The notes beneath the pieces were generated by a model. That model was given only the letters and a program-made list of their open reading frames with translations, searched no databases and had not been told where the DNA came from. From Pseudomonadota bacterium (lineage in GTDB: Bacteria > Pseudomonadota > Alphaproteobacteria > 16-39-46), in contig JAFEBT010000002.1 in NCBI GenBank assembly GCA_018242545.1, forward strand, positions 4,973-68,972: a stretch of DNA of 64,000 bases, read 5' to 3'. Below, one piece after another: positions 1 to 10,763 of this stretch. How positions within the stretch are numbered: position 1 is the first letter of the stretch; each line of letters opens with the position of its first letter. A program made the position numbers and the translations under genes.

Positions 1-203
1 GTTACCGCAGAAGTTATAATAAGATGGATATTCCCTTGCTCCAAAATATAAGAGACTTCGTCATAAGAATCTGAAGCTTTTTCTTTGTATCCTATAATAT
101 TAAATCCAAACCCCTGCTTAAGAAAATATACAAATTGAAAAGCATTTGCGACATAGAGTTCAATATAATCAAGTCCCTTAATTGATAAGTGTTCAGTTTG
201 CAT
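1..203 (-). CDS. 4-hydroxyphenylpyruvate dioxygenase family (HPPD or hydroxymandelate synthase HmaS), N-terminal fragment; gene runs off the window start
   Basis: Minus-strand translation from the ATG at 203 gives MQTEHLSIKGLDYIELYVANAFQFVYFLKQGFGFNIIGYKEKASDSYDEVSYILEQGNIHLIITSAV. This matches the HPPD N-terminal vicinal-oxygen-chelate pattern (fDHvEfyVgNA.q.a.fy...GF...ay.g.etg......vlrqg.i.fvltS). The ORF is open to position 1. Confidence 0.6.
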   Translation of the reverse strand, partial: MQTEHLSIKGLDYIELYVANAFQFVYFLKQGFGFNIIGYKEKASDSYDEVSYILEQGNIHLIITSAV

Positions 204-269
204 TAAAAATATCTTTATGAAGGTTATTTACTGAAAGGAAAGAAACTTTCTCTTTAAATAGATAAAAAA

Positions 270-503
270 TTAAGCTACCTCTATTTCATCTTTATTTGCA
301 GCCTTAGCCATTTGTTCTTTTAAGCTACGAGGTCTCATATCCGACCAATTCTCTTTAATATAAGCAAGACACTCCTCTTTCGTTCCAGTTGTCCCAACTT
401 CACTCCATCCATAAGGAATCTCTTTTCTAACAGGCCATATTGAATACTGATCTTCTATGTTAATAACGACTCTCCATACTTCATTAGAATCTGGTCCCCA
501 CAT
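270..503 (-). CDS. MbtH-like protein (NRPS accessory)
   Basis: 77 aa. Carries the MbtH signature: conserved Trp residues, SIWP and PYGW motifs ([27 protein letters not shown]). Confidence 0.85.
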   Translation of the reverse strand: MWGPDSNEVWRVVINIEDQYSIWPVRKEIPYGWSEVGTTGTKEECLAYIKENWSDMRPRSLKEQMAKAANKDEIEVA

Positions 504-717
504 TTTTACTCCTATTTGTTCTGCATTATATAAAAACAGTTATATTTTCATTTTATGAAAATCTCGATGATCTTAATTTTTAGAATAATATGAAATTTAT
601 TTCAAACTATTTTTTATAAAGTAAAACTTTTCTTCTTTATTCCTTAGCTTCTTAAAAAGTTTTTCGTTATGTTAACTTAACGTGTTCATTAAAAATTAAG
701 GAACCATTAGGAAAAAG

Positions 718-2490
718 ATGCACGAGGTTCATGCAAAAGAAGCGCTTTTCTATATTTATAAAATGATTCGACCATTTTATTGGTCTTTTACTATTATGCT
801 CTTAGTTGCAATAGCATGGGCTATTGATTTATCTTTAAGGCCTTATCTTCTTAAAGTTATTTTAGACCGTCTTAACCAATCTCCTTCCCAAGAAGCTTTT
901 AAATATATAGCTTATCCTTTATTAATTTACTTTTTTTTATCATTTTTTCATACAAGTATGTTTCGTCTCTATAATTATTTTGTAGAGATCAAAATGATAC
1001 CTGCTTTGCATAAAAAAATAACAAATTCCATATTTTCTTATATGATAAAGCATGATCATTCTTATTACCAAAATAATTTTTCTGGAAGCTTAGCAAATAA
1101 AATTAATGACTTAAAAAACAGTATACCCGACATCGTACGAATTTTTATTGATCGATTTTTAAGTCATATTTTAGGGCTTGCAGTTGCAATTTTTACTCTT
1201 TGGCATGTGCGAATTGAATTTGCTTTAGCTATGCTTACTTGGACACTTTTATTCATTGGGGTCGCATTTTTTTGTTCAAAAAGAATCCAACATCTTGCAG
1301 ATAAACAGTCAGAGTTAGGATCAACAGTAACTGGAAAACTTGTTGACATATTGTCAAATATACTTTCAGTAAAGTTATTTTCAAGGCAACGCAAAGAAAA
1401 AGAATCTCTTAATGAAACTCTCCAAGAAGCCCTTAAAGCAGAGAGAAAACTCCAATGGTTTTATTTCTGGATGTGGATTTTTTACGGATATTCTTTTCTT
1501 ATAACACAAGGAATATGTCTTTACTTTCTTATAAAAGGACGAGAACAAGGAATAATCTCTATCGGAGATTTTGCGCTTGTTATGAGTCTTAATATCTCCA
1601 TTGTTGATTTCTTGTGGGGATTAATGCAAGAGTTTTCTCAATTTTCTAAACTCTTAGGGGTAACGATACAAGCACTGCGTACGACAACAATGCCTCATAA
1701 AATTAAAGATAGTCCGAAGGCTTTAGAACTTATGGTTACTAAAGGTAAAATTGTCTTTGACAAAGTTCAATTTTATTATAAAGGTGCAGAACCTTTATTT
1801 AATAAGAGTTCTATTACTATCTTTCCTAGTCAAAAAGTTGGACTTGTAGGCTTTTCAGGCAGCGGTAAATCTACTTTTGTAAATTTAATTTTAAGATTAT
1901 TTGATGTTACAGAAGGACGCATTCTTATTGATGATCAAGATATAAAAAATGTGACTCAAGATAGTTTAAGAGAAGCTATCTCTATAATTCCTCAGGATCC
2001 ATCTTTATTCCATCGAACCTTAATGGAAAACATTCGTTACGGAAAATTAGAAGCTTCTGATGAAGAAGTCATAGAGGCTTCTCAACGTGCTCATGCACAT
2101 GAGTTCATATCTAAGCTGCCTTTAAGGTATGACTCTCTTGTTGGTGAAAGAGGCATAAAACTTTCAGGGGGGCAACGTCAACGTATTGCAATGAGTCGGG
2201 CTATTTTAAAAAATGCCCCTATCCTTATTTTAGATGAAGCCACAAGTCAACTTGATTCTGTAACAGAACATGAGATTCAAGAAAGTCTTTGGAATTTAAT
2301 GAAAGAAAAAACGACCATTATTATTGCTCATCGCCTCTCAACTCTTCTTCGTATGGATCGAATTCTTGTTTTTGATCAAGGTAAAATCATTCAGGATGGA
2401 CCACATAAAGAACTCTTAAAAGGAGGTTTCTATAAAACTTTATGGGAGACGCAAATTGGTGGATTTTTGCCAGAGAAAAAAGATTTGTAA
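718..2490 (+). CDS. ABC transporter, fused permease/ATP-binding exporter (MsbA/cyclic-peptide exporter type)
   Basis: 590 aa. N-terminal 6-TM region, then Walker A GFSGSGKST, ABC signature LSGGQRQRIAMSRA, Walker B ILILDEATS and an H-loop (IAHRLS). Confidence 0.9.
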   Translation: MHEVHAKEALFYIYKMIRPFYWSFTIMLLVAIAWAIDLSLRPYLLKVILDRLNQSPSQEAFKYIAYPLLIYFFLSFFHTSMFRLYNYFVEIKMIPALHKKITNSIFSYMIKHDHSYYQNNFSGSLANKINDLKNSIPDIVRIFIDRFLSHILGLAVAIFTLWHVRIEFALAMLTWTLLFIGVAFFCSKRIQHLADKQSELGSTVTGKLVDILSNILSVKLFSRQRKEKESLNETLQEALKAERKLQWFYFWMWIFYGYSFLITQGICLYFLIKGREQGIISIGDFALVMSLNISIVDFLWGLMQEFSQFSKLLGVTIQALRTTTMPHKIKDSPKALELMVTKGKIVFDKVQFYYKGAEPLFNKSSITIFPSQKVGLVGFSGSGKSTFVNLILRLFDVTEGRILIDDQDIKNVTQDSLREAISIIPQDPSLFHRTLMENIRYGKLEASDEEVIEASQRAHAHEFISKLPLRYDSLVGERGIKLSGGQRQRIAMSRAILKNAPILILDEATSQLDSVTEHEIQESLWNLMKEKTTIIIAHRLSTLLRMDRILVFDQGKIIQDGPHKELLKGGFYKTLWETQIGGFLPEKKDL

Positions 2491-2937
2491 GTCACTCTAA
2501 AATTACTTTACTTCGTAAATAAGATTAACTACCTTTAAATCATTCTCTAATAACGGTAGAGCCTTGGTTTCAATTCACTTAATTAAAAAATGAAGAGTCT
2601 GAAAATGAATCTGTCAAAACATGCTTGTATCCCTTGTCAAGGGGTTGTTTTTCCTTTATCTCTGAAAGAAATTAAACTTTTCTAACAGCTTTAAGGAGAT
2701 TGGAGTCTCAATAAACAAGGCCATCTTGAAAAAACATATTTTTTTGAAAACCTTATAGATCCTATGAATTTTGCGAATAAAATTTGTAAAATTGAAGAGA
2801 AAGAAAGACATCACCCAGATCTTTTTATAAGCTGAGAAAAATGTCGCGTTGAAATCTGGACGCATAAAGCAAATAATCTTACAAAAAGTGACTTTTATTT
2901 AGTAGCTAAAATTGAAGATAAGCTTAATAGTTAAAAA

Positions 2938-3681
2938 ATGAATGCCCTTAAAAAGATAAATTTCTCTAAGAATCTTGTAGAATTGTTTACTATTAATCTT
3001 AAAAAGTTAGACTCTTATCTTCCAAAACTCCTAATGTATCTTTCAGAGAAAGAAAAAATTCAAGCAGATAAATTTCAATTTGAACATTTAAAAAGTAGTT
3101 ATGTTGCTTCACATGGACTTCTAAGAATTTTAATTGGAAATTATCTTTCTTGTTCTCCTTCACAAGTTGAATATACACATAATGAGTTTCAAAAACCTTT
3201 ATGCAAAAATAATCAAAACTTATATTTTAATATGTCGCACTCTCATGAATATGCTTGTTATGCCTTTTCTTTTGGTCATGAGGTCGGAGTTGACATTGAA
3301 TTTATGGATAGTACGATTGGAATAGACGATTTATTGCCTTTAATAACAACTCAAGAAGAGCTACTTATTTTCAATACATTCAATAAAAAAGACAAATCTT
3401 ATTTATTTTATAAAACATGGACTATCAAAGAAGCTTTCGTAAAAGCTTTAGGATTTGGATTGTCATGTCCTCTTTCCAATATAGACACAACTATTTTACC
3501 AAGAAAAAAATTCGAAGTTGTGAGGTACAATACAATACGTAAAAAAGAAATAGATAAAGAATGGACTTTTTCTTCTATCGATCTGATTCCTGATTATCTG
3601 GGAGCGGTTGCTGTTAAAAAGAATAACTCTTACATAAATATGAGGTCCCTTGATTCCTTGGACTTCTCTAAACTAAGTTAG
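2938..3681 (+). CDS. 4'-phosphopantetheinyl transferase, Sfp/EntD type
   Basis: 247 aa with PPTase motifs GVDIE and FYKTWTIKEAFVKALG (W/KEA motif). It sits directly beside the MbtH and ABC exporter genes. Confidence 0.8.
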   Translation: MNALKKINFSKNLVELFTINLKKLDSYLPKLLMYLSEKEKIQADKFQFEHLKSSYVASHGLLRILIGNYLSCSPSQVEYTHNEFQKPLCKNNQNLYFNMSHSHEYACYAFSFGHEVGVDIEFMDSTIGIDDLLPLITTQEELLIFNTFNKKDKSYLFYKTWTIKEAFVKALGFGLSCPLSNIDTTILPRKKFEVVRYNTIRKKEIDKEWTFSSIDLIPDYLGAVAVKKNNSYINMRSLDSLDFSKLS

Positions 3682-4080
3682 AAAAAAATAAGTTTCATAT
3701 TAAACTTTATATTAAGAAAAATTATCCTTATTTTGATGACTATATGATGACTAATTTTTTACAAGGAAATTTATTGTTACTTTAACTAATTGAAAAATAA
3801 GTAATTTTTTGAGAACTTTGAGAAAATATTAACAGACTTAAAATCTGTGGGGTTCTGGCCACCTAGTTTAGTATGATCAATAGAGCATCCCCCTTTAATC
3901 AATATAGTAAATCAAAGAGTGAAAGAGTTCGAAAGGCTTTTACTCTAAAGCTCAATCAATATAAATAGAAGAACAACTATGAAACTATTTTTTTAAAACC
4001 TTATATAAACCTTTTTTATTTTTTAAAAATTAAAAAAGTCTTAGCTTAAACAAAAATCCAAGGAATTTCTCTACTTTTTA

Positions 4081-4155
4081 TGGTGCCGCCGGCGAGGATC
4101 GAACTTGCGACCTCACCCTTACCAAGGGTGTGCTCTACCACTGAGCTACGGCGGC
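4081..4155 (-). tRNA. tRNA-Thr (anticodon GGU)
   Basis: Reverse complement is GCCGCCGTAGCTCAGTGGTAGAGCACACCCTTGGTAAGGGTGAGGTCGCAAGTTCGATCCTCGCCGGCGGCACCA. It forms a cloverleaf with a 7-bp acceptor stem, D-arm GCTC/GAGC, anticodon loop TTGGTAA (GGT), T-arm GTTCGATCC and an encoded CCA. Confidence 0.9.
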
Positions 4156-4471
4156 TCATTAACGTCTAACCTTGTCTATATGGGGTGCACAATGCCATAC
4201 TCCTCAAAAAGATGCAAGATAGGAGTTAAAAAGGAATGATGCTTCCAGAGAAAATAAATTTTAAGCTCCTTTAACCACACTGCTTTACATCAAATAGATT
4301 TAATTCTTCTAAGAGTAGCCAAAAATTCCCTGCCGTCTTATTTTAGATTTCTATGTGGTGGTAGTCTGTTCTTATAATTTTTTGAACGCCTTTAATTTTT
4401 TATTCTTTTCATTTCTTCTCAATTTATGTTTGTTTTTTCTTCTTAAATTTAATGAGCTCTTACAATAAGAA

Positions 4472-4828
4472 TTATCGCGTAGAACAAGGAAAAGAGCTAT
4501 GCCAACAGCCACTTGCAAAGTTGCCTATAAAAGAAATTCCAAATGCCGGAGTTACTTTTTTAGGATCACCAGAAGTAGAAGTATTTCTTTGAACATCCTT
4601 ATTGTCCTTCCTTTTTCCATCACGATCAAAAATCATGGCGCCGGCTTTTATGGATGCATACAAACTTCTATCCCTATAACCATCTATTCCCTCAGAATTT
4701 GCGTTCTCTTGCTTTCTTGAAAGCTTTGTACTTGCGGCATCTAAACCTTTGTCCTCAAGAGAGAAGACAGCATTTTCTCCTAAAATCATCGCTAAAAGAG
4801 AAACCATAATAATCTTTATGTTTTTCAT
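4472..4828 (-). CDS. hypothetical small secreted protein
   Basis: 118 aa with an N-terminal signal peptide (MKNIKIIMVSLLAMILGENAVFS). No recognisable domain. Confidence 0.45.
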   Translation of the reverse strand: MKNIKIIMVSLLAMILGENAVFSLEDKGLDAASTKLSRKQENANSEGIDGYRDRSLYASIKAGAMIFDRDGKRKDNKDVQRNTSTSGDPKKVTPAFGISFIGNFASGCWHSSFPCSTR

Positions 4829-5181
4829 TCTTTTTTTTTATTTTTTATTTTTTTACTTCTTATGAAAAAATCTTTTCTTTTCCTTGTTTTTTTAGACTTC
4901 TCAGAAAAATCTCAGAATGAAATAAGAGGTTTAAATATAAGAGAGAATAGTAAAGTAAACATATTCTATTAAATACCTCATGTCTTTAAAATACAAAAAA
5001 GTTAAAAATTTGTCTAATGTTTTCTAAAATGACTTAAATCTGAGACAAAAGAAAAAGTAAAATAAGGCCTTCTATCTCTATAGTTGCGAAAGACCCTTTT
5101 AGTCTGTATATATTGAGAAGGAATTCAACTTATAAATTCCGTTCAACTTTTTCTTAACTTTAACTTAAAAAAGCTCTTTTT

Positions 5182-5325
5182 ATGACAGAAAAACCTCCCC
5201 TTTCCAAGGACCGAAAGCAACGAGAAGCAGACGCTTTGCGCGCTAATTTACAACGCCGAAAAGAACAAGCACGTGCACGTGTCAAAAAATTAAACCCTCT
5301 AGAACCTTCTTCTTTTCATAGCTAA
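5182..5325 (+). CDS. small basic hypothetical protein (47 aa), possibly DUF4169-like
   Basis: ATG..TAA ORF below the ORF-track threshold, translating to MTEKPPLSKDRKQREADALRANLQRRKEQARARVKKLNPLEPSSFHS. It is Arg/Lys-rich and sits immediately upstream of dcd in a coding-free gap. Confidence 0.3.
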   Translation: MTEKPPLSKDRKQREADALRANLQRRKEQARARVKKLNPLEPSSFHS

Positions 5326-5337
5326 AGGATAAAGATT

Positions 5338-5904
5338 ATGTCGATTCTTTCTGATCATTGGATCCGAGAAATGGCCTTAAACCATGGAATGATTGAACCT
5401 TTTATTGAATCTCAAACAACACGTAATACAATTTCCTTCGGTCTTTCTTCCTATGGGTATGATGCGCGTGTGGCTCCAGAGTTTAAAATTTTTACCAATG
5501 TAGACAATGCTCTTATTGACCCTAAAAATTTTTCTCCAACAAGCTTTGTAGATCGCGAAACAGATGTATGCATCATCCCAGCGAACAGCTTTGTGCTCGC
5601 ACGTACCGTAGAATATTTTCGTATTCCACGGGATGTTCTTGTTATTTGTCTTGGAAAATCCACCTATGCTCGTTGTGGTATTATCGTGAATGTTACACCT
5701 CTTGAGCCTGAATGGGAAGGGCATGTAACTCTTGAGTTTTCCAATACAACGCCTCTTCCTGCAAAAATTTATGCAAATGAAGGCGTCTGTCAATTTCTCT
5801 TTTTTAAAGGAGAACAACCTTGTGATGTTTCTTATAAAGACCGCTCTGGAAAATACATGCATCAACGCGGAATTACGCTTCCAAAATTAAAAACACTTAC
5901 ATAA
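5338..5904 (+). CDS. dcd: dCTP deaminase
   Basis: 188 aa. [14 protein letters not shown]...GYDARV...CQFLFF is a typical Dcd (dUTPase-fold) sequence. Confidence 0.93.
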   Translation: MSILSDHWIREMALNHGMIEPFIESQTTRNTISFGLSSYGYDARVAPEFKIFTNVDNALIDPKNFSPTSFVDRETDVCIIPANSFVLARTVEYFRIPRDVLVICLGKSTYARCGIIVNVTPLEPEWEGHVTLEFSNTTPLPAKIYANEGVCQFLFFKGEQPCDVSYKDRSGKYMHQRGITLPKLKTLT

Positions 5905-5925
5905 TTTTTTTAAAGGATTTCATTT

Positions 5926-7215
5926 ATGGATAAAATTCATATTCACGGAGGTATCCCTCTTAAAGGCTCCATTCAAATTGCAGGCGCGAAGAATGCGACA
6001 CTTCCACTCATGACCGCCTGTTTGCTCACAGAAGATCCTCTGGTTCTTTCGAATGTTCCAAAACTTGCTGACATCCATTGCCTGCTAAACATTTTAAAAG
6101 ATTTAGGGGTCGACACCTCTTTTATAGAAAACGGAACATCCTCTAGTATACCTCAAGAGCAAACCTTAAAGCTTTCTGCCAAAAAGATTACAAGTACGAA
6201 GGCATCTTATGATCTTGTTCGTAAAATGCGGGCTTCTATTCTTGTGTTAGGACCCCTTTTGGCGCGCATGAGAACAGCAACTGTTTCTTTGCCTGGCGGA
6301 TGTGCAATTGGAACGAGACCGGTTGATATTCATATAAAAGGTCTAGAACACTTAGGAGCAAAAATTTCTCTTGAACAAGGATATATTCATGCCCAAGCAC
6401 CTCAAGGTCTTAAAGGAAAAGATTTTACCTTCCCAATGGTAACCGTAACAGGCACCGAAAATCTTCTCATGGCAGCTTGTTTAGCAAAAGGAACAACGCG
6501 CCTTATTAATGCTGCGCGAGAACCTGAAATCATAGACCTTGCAAACTGCCTCGTCAGCATGGGCGCTCATATTGAAGGAATTGGAACAGATACACTTGTT
6601 ATCGAAGGACAGGAAACCTTAAAAGGAGCTCATCATCGTGTTGTTTCAGACCGCATTGAGCTTGGAACTTACGCGATTGCAGCAGCCATTACAAGAGGAG
6701 AGCTTGATCTTTTGGGAGGTAAAAAATCTCTTATTCCTTCTTTTCTTCCAAAATTAGAAGAAATCGGTGTGACAATTGAAGAACTTCCAAATGGCCTTCG
6801 TGTTTCAGGTAAAAATGCTTCTTTAAATGCTGTTGATATTACAACAGGTCCTTTTCCAGGGTTTGCAACAGACTTACAGGCTCAAATGATGGCTCTTCTT
6901 TGTATTTCAGAGGGCTCATCTCTCATAACGGAAACAATTTTTGAAAATCGATTTATGCACGTGCCTGAACTCATGCGTATGGGAGCCCAAATCAGCATAC
7001 AAGGAAAATCTGTAATGATTCGGGGTGTAAAGAATCTTATTGGAGCAGAAGTTATGGCAACAGACTTGAGAGCTTCTTTTTCTCTTGTTTTAGCAGGCCT
7101 CGTTGCTGAAGGAGAAACAATTCTAAATCGCGTTTATCATCTTGACCGCGGCTATGAATATGTGGAAGCTAAGTTAAGAGCATGTGGTGCTCAAATTGAA
7201 CGAATTCATACTTAA
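5926..7215 (+). CDS. murA: UDP-N-acetylglucosamine 1-carboxyvinyltransferase
   Basis: 429 aa. [32 protein letters not shown]...[15 protein letters not shown] is the canonical MurA sequence, including the active-site Cys loop. Confidence 0.95.
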   Translation: MDKIHIHGGIPLKGSIQIAGAKNATLPLMTACLLTEDPLVLSNVPKLADIHCLLNILKDLGVDTSFIENGTSSSIPQEQTLKLSAKKITSTKASYDLVRKMRASILVLGPLLARMRTATVSLPGGCAIGTRPVDIHIKGLEHLGAKISLEQGYIHAQAPQGLKGKDFTFPMVTVTGTENLLMAACLAKGTTRLINAAREPEIIDLANCLVSMGAHIEGIGTDTLVIEGQETLKGAHHRVVSDRIELGTYAIAAAITRGELDLLGGKKSLIPSFLPKLEEIGVTIEELPNGLRVSGKNASLNAVDITTGPFPGFATDLQAQMMALLCISEGSSLITETIFENRFMHVPELMRMGAQISIQGKSVMIRGVKNLIGAEVMATDLRASFSLVLAGLVAEGETILNRVYHLDRGYEYVEAKLRACGAQIERIHT

Positions 7216-7235
7216 TAAATAAAATAGGCTCGATT

Positions 7236-7712
7236 ATGACCTTTAAAAATTCAACACCATCAAATACTTCTCTTACTTTCTCTGATGCACCGCCTTTAAA
7301 GCTTAAAGCCGAAAATTTAGAAGATCTTTCAATTCTCTCTACATTTCTTCAAGATGCTCTTGTTCCTTTTTCAAGCATAACATACAACCCAAAAGAGCAA
7401 ACATTTTCTCTTCTCACACATCGTTTTCGCTGGGAAAATAATCCTGTTATTGAAAATGAGAGTACGCTTTATGAACGCATTCATTCCCTCTTAAATATTA
7501 ACCATGTCAAAAACGTCCATAAAAAAGGATTAAAAGATTCCTTTGATCCAAACCAAATTTTAAATCTTTTATGCATTACGTCCGAAGATAATACTCTTAT
7601 TTTAACTTTTTCAGGTGCCATTCAACTTCAACTTGAAATTGAAAAAATGTTCGTTTTACTTGGAGATCAAAATATTTCATGGCCAACTTCCCATAAACCA
7701 GAGCACTTTTAA
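7236..7712 (+). CDS. conserved hypothetical protein (possibly DUF2948; such a gene often follows murA in alphaproteobacteria)
   Basis: 158-aa ORF with coding-like composition immediately downstream of murA. The family assignment is from memory of synteny, not a motif match. Confidence 0.55.
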   Translation: MTFKNSTPSNTSLTFSDAPPLKLKAENLEDLSILSTFLQDALVPFSSITYNPKEQTFSLLTHRFRWENNPVIENESTLYERIHSLLNINHVKNVHKKGLKDSFDPNQILNLLCITSEDNTLILTFSGAIQLQLEIEKMFVLLGDQNISWPTSHKPEHF

Positions 7713-7930
7713 AATACTATTTTCTTAAAAAAGTATGCTAATTTCTTCTATTTACAATACCTACATAAAAAAACTCCTCTTGACGATAATTAAAACATCT
7801 CTTAGGATATGTCTTAGTAATTCTGCTAAACAGTTAAGAATATCTTCCCAAAACTTTAAAATTTCTTAGAAATAATCACCCGATAAAGAAATAATTACGT
7901 CTATATATTAAATGTAAAAAGAGGTTTTTT

Positions 7931-9271
7931 ATGTCTATATTCTCAGCTCTTAACAGAGAGCAAAAGGAAGCTGTTGGTCTTCTACAAATTGGAACATTTT
8001 TAGAGTATTTTGACTTGATGCTCTATGTTCATATGGCCGTCTTATTAAATGATTTATTTTTTCCAAAAGCAGATCCTAAAACAGCCGGTCTTCTTACAGC
8101 TTTAGCTTTTTGTTCAACCTATGTTCTTAGACCTTTTGGGGCTCTCTTATTTGGATATATTGGGGATCATATAGGACGTAAAACAACTGTTATTATGACA
8201 ACCATGATGATGGCAACCTCATGCATTATCATGGCCACTCTTCCGACCTATGCTCAAATCGGTATTGTTGCAGCATGGCTTGTTACAATCTGTCGTATTA
8301 TCCAGGGCCTCTCCTCAATGGGAGAAATTATTGGCGCTGAAATATACGTTACGGAAATCACAAAGCCTCCTGTAAGATATCCTGCCGTAGGCTTAATTGG
8401 ATGTGCCTCACGTTTTGGGACAATGGTTGCTCTTGGAATTGCTTATCTTGTTACCTCTTTTGGTTTTGACTGGAGAAACGGTTTTTGGATTGGTGCTGCG
8501 ATTGCCGTTGTTGGGTCTGTTGCACGAACACGGCTTAGGGAAACACCCGACTTTGTGGATATGAAACGCAATGTTAAACAAGCACTTGAACAAGCAAAAG
8601 AACAAGGCATCGGTAAAACTGAAGAACTGCTTAAAATAGAAAAAAAATTTCAAAAAGATACACTTGGATGGAAAATTCTCTTAGCTATTTTCCTTGTTTA
8701 TTCTGGTGCCCCCGTTTGTCTTTATTTTAGTTATATGCACTGCGGAAGCATTTTAAAAACTTCTTTGGGATTAAGCCCAGAAGCTATTATTCATCAAAAT
8801 TTTATTGTTTCTGTTGTTGAATTTCTTTTTATGGTTCTTACTGTTTATCTCAGCTATACAATACACCCCTTAAAAATATTAAAATTTAAAGGGGCCTTAT
8901 TCCTTCCTTTTTTAGTCTTATTTCCTTTTGTTACCAACGATCTCAATTCTTCCTTTATCATGCTTTTAATGCAATGTATAAGTGTATCGTTAACATTAAC
9001 CCCAATTCCAGCTACAGCTGTTTTTATGCAGCACATGCCTGTATTTAGGAGATTTACTTATGCAAGCCTTATCTATGCTCTTTCAAGAGCTCTTATGGCT
9101 GTATTAACATCATTTGGACTCGTTTTTTTAACAGATATTTTGGGACAATGGGGAATCTATTTTATTATGATTCCTGTCACAATCGGATTTCTATGGGGTG
9201 TTTCTCATTTTGAAGAACTTGAACATATTTCTAAGAAATCAGCTTTTTCTAAAATCTTCAAATTCTCTTAA
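7931..9271 (+). CDS. MFS transporter (metabolite:H+ symporter/ProP-like), paralog 1
   Basis: 446 aa with 12 predicted TM segments and the MFS loop motif GYIGDHIGRKTT. Roughly 55-60% identical to the next ORF. Confidence 0.85.
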   Translation: MSIFSALNREQKEAVGLLQIGTFLEYFDLMLYVHMAVLLNDLFFPKADPKTAGLLTALAFCSTYVLRPFGALLFGYIGDHIGRKTTVIMTTMMMATSCIIMATLPTYAQIGIVAAWLVTICRIIQGLSSMGEIIGAEIYVTEITKPPVRYPAVGLIGCASRFGTMVALGIAYLVTSFGFDWRNGFWIGAAIAVVGSVARTRLRETPDFVDMKRNVKQALEQAKEQGIGKTEELLKIEKKFQKDTLGWKILLAIFLVYSGAPVCLYFSYMHCGSILKTSLGLSPEAIIHQNFIVSVVEFLFMVLTVYLSYTIHPLKILKFKGALFLPFLVLFPFVTNDLNSSFIMLLMQCISVSLTLTPIPATAVFMQHMPVFRRFTYASLIYALSRALMAVLTSFGLVFLTDILGQWGIYFIMIPVTIGFLWGVSHFEELEHISKKSAFSKIFKFS

Positions 9272-9330
9272 ATTAAACTCTGTCTTTTGATACTCATATT
9301 TTGATCTTCAGACAAGAAAAGGAACTTTAA

Positions 9331-10632
9331 ATGGACCTCTCTGTACCTCTCAATAAAGAACAAAAAGAAGCTGCTGGCCTCTTACAAGCAGGAACATTTT
9401 TAGAATATTTTGATCTCATGCTTTATGTTCACATGGCTGTGGTTTTAAATGAACTCTTCTTCCCAAAAACAGATCCAAAAACAGCGAGCCTCCTAACAGC
9501 TTTTACCTTCAGTTCGATCTATGTTTTAAGACCTTTGGGAGCTCTTTTATTTGGATATATTGGAGACTGTATTGGTCGAAAAACAACTGTTATTTTAACG
9601 ATGATGCTTATGGCGACATCCTGTATCCTTATTGCAAGTCTTCCCACCTATGACCAAATTGGGATTACAGCTGCATGGCTTGTAACAGCTTGTCGCGTTA
9701 TTCAAGGCATTTCTTCCATGGGAGAAATCATTGGAGCTGAAATTTACCTTACTGAGCTTATCCCTCTTCCTTTAAGATATTGCATTGTAGGACTGATAAG
9801 TTGTGCGTCACGTTTAGGAATGGTAGCGGCCTTAGCAGTTGCTATGCTGATGACGTCCCATGAAATGTTTAATTGGCGTTATGCGTTTTGGGCTGCCGCT
9901 GGGCTTGCCCTTGTTGGCTCTGTTTCAAGAATGAGACTTCGCGAAACCCCCGACTTTTTAAGCCAGAAAAGAGTCCACACTAAAAATGAGATTAAAACCG
10001 AGTCTTCTTCTAAACTTACTTTCATTTCTCAAAAGGTGAATTTTAAGCTTATTATGGCGTCTTTTTTAATTTATTCAGGCCCTCCTGCCTGTCTTTATTT
10101 TATTTATATTTTTTGTGCAGAGATTCTTAAGCAATTGGGACAAACAGGACAACAAATTATTCATCAAAATTTTCTTATTTCAATTGTTGAGTTTATGGTT
10201 CTTTTAGCAACCGTTCTTTTAAGTATTCGTATCCACCCTTTGAAAATTATAAAACTAAAATCCATCTTTTTTCTTATTTTTGCGATCAGCCTTCCTTTCT
10301 TAATGATGCATGCGTTATCTCCCTCTCTCCTTTTTATCATTCAGCTTATAGGGGTTTCTTTGATTTTAACAGCTGTGCCTGCTGTTGCCGCCCTCATTGT
10401 TCATTATCCTATTTATCAACGGTTTAGATATACGAGCATTATTTATGCTCTTGCCCGTGCCTTAATGTCAGTCATCATTGCTTTCGGACTTGTTTTTTTA
10501 ACAGATGCCTTTGGATATTGGGGACTTTCAATGCTTTTAATCCCAGTAACGCTTGGATTTATTTGGGGTGTGACGCACTTTGAAAAGCTTGAAGGACTAA
10601 GAATCCGTTCTCTCAATCCTGAAGTGACCTAA
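9331..10632 (+). CDS. MFS transporter (ProP-like), paralog 2
   Basis: 433 aa. Same architecture and motif (GYIGDCIGRKTT) as the upstream paralog, so this is a tandem duplication. Confidence 0.85.
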   Translation: MDLSVPLNKEQKEAAGLLQAGTFLEYFDLMLYVHMAVVLNELFFPKTDPKTASLLTAFTFSSIYVLRPLGALLFGYIGDCIGRKTTVILTMMLMATSCILIASLPTYDQIGITAAWLVTACRVIQGISSMGEIIGAEIYLTELIPLPLRYCIVGLISCASRLGMVAALAVAMLMTSHEMFNWRYAFWAAAGLALVGSVSRMRLRETPDFLSQKRVHTKNEIKTESSSKLTFISQKVNFKLIMASFLIYSGPPACLYFIYIFCAEILKQLGQTGQQIIHQNFLISIVEFMVLLATVLLSIRIHPLKIIKLKSIFFLIFAISLPFLMMHALSPSLLFIIQLIGVSLILTAVPAVAALIVHYPIYQRFRYTSIIYALARALMSVIIAFGLVFLTDAFGYWGLSMLLIPVTLGFIWGVTHFEKLEGLRIRSLNPEVT

Positions 10633-10763
10633 AATTTCAAATCAATCAATGTTATTGATATTAAAATTATTGACTTATTTAGAACCTCTGTCTTAAAAAG
10701 AGAGGAGTCTTCTGATCAAAAAGTTAAGCATTTTTATTTTACTCCTAACCTTTTAATTGTTTA

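Noticed and set aside
5377-5865. 162-aa and 70-aa minus-strand ORFs inside dcd
   Set aside because: They lie antisense to a highly conserved dCTP deaminase and have no motifs. They are an artefact of an open antisense frame.
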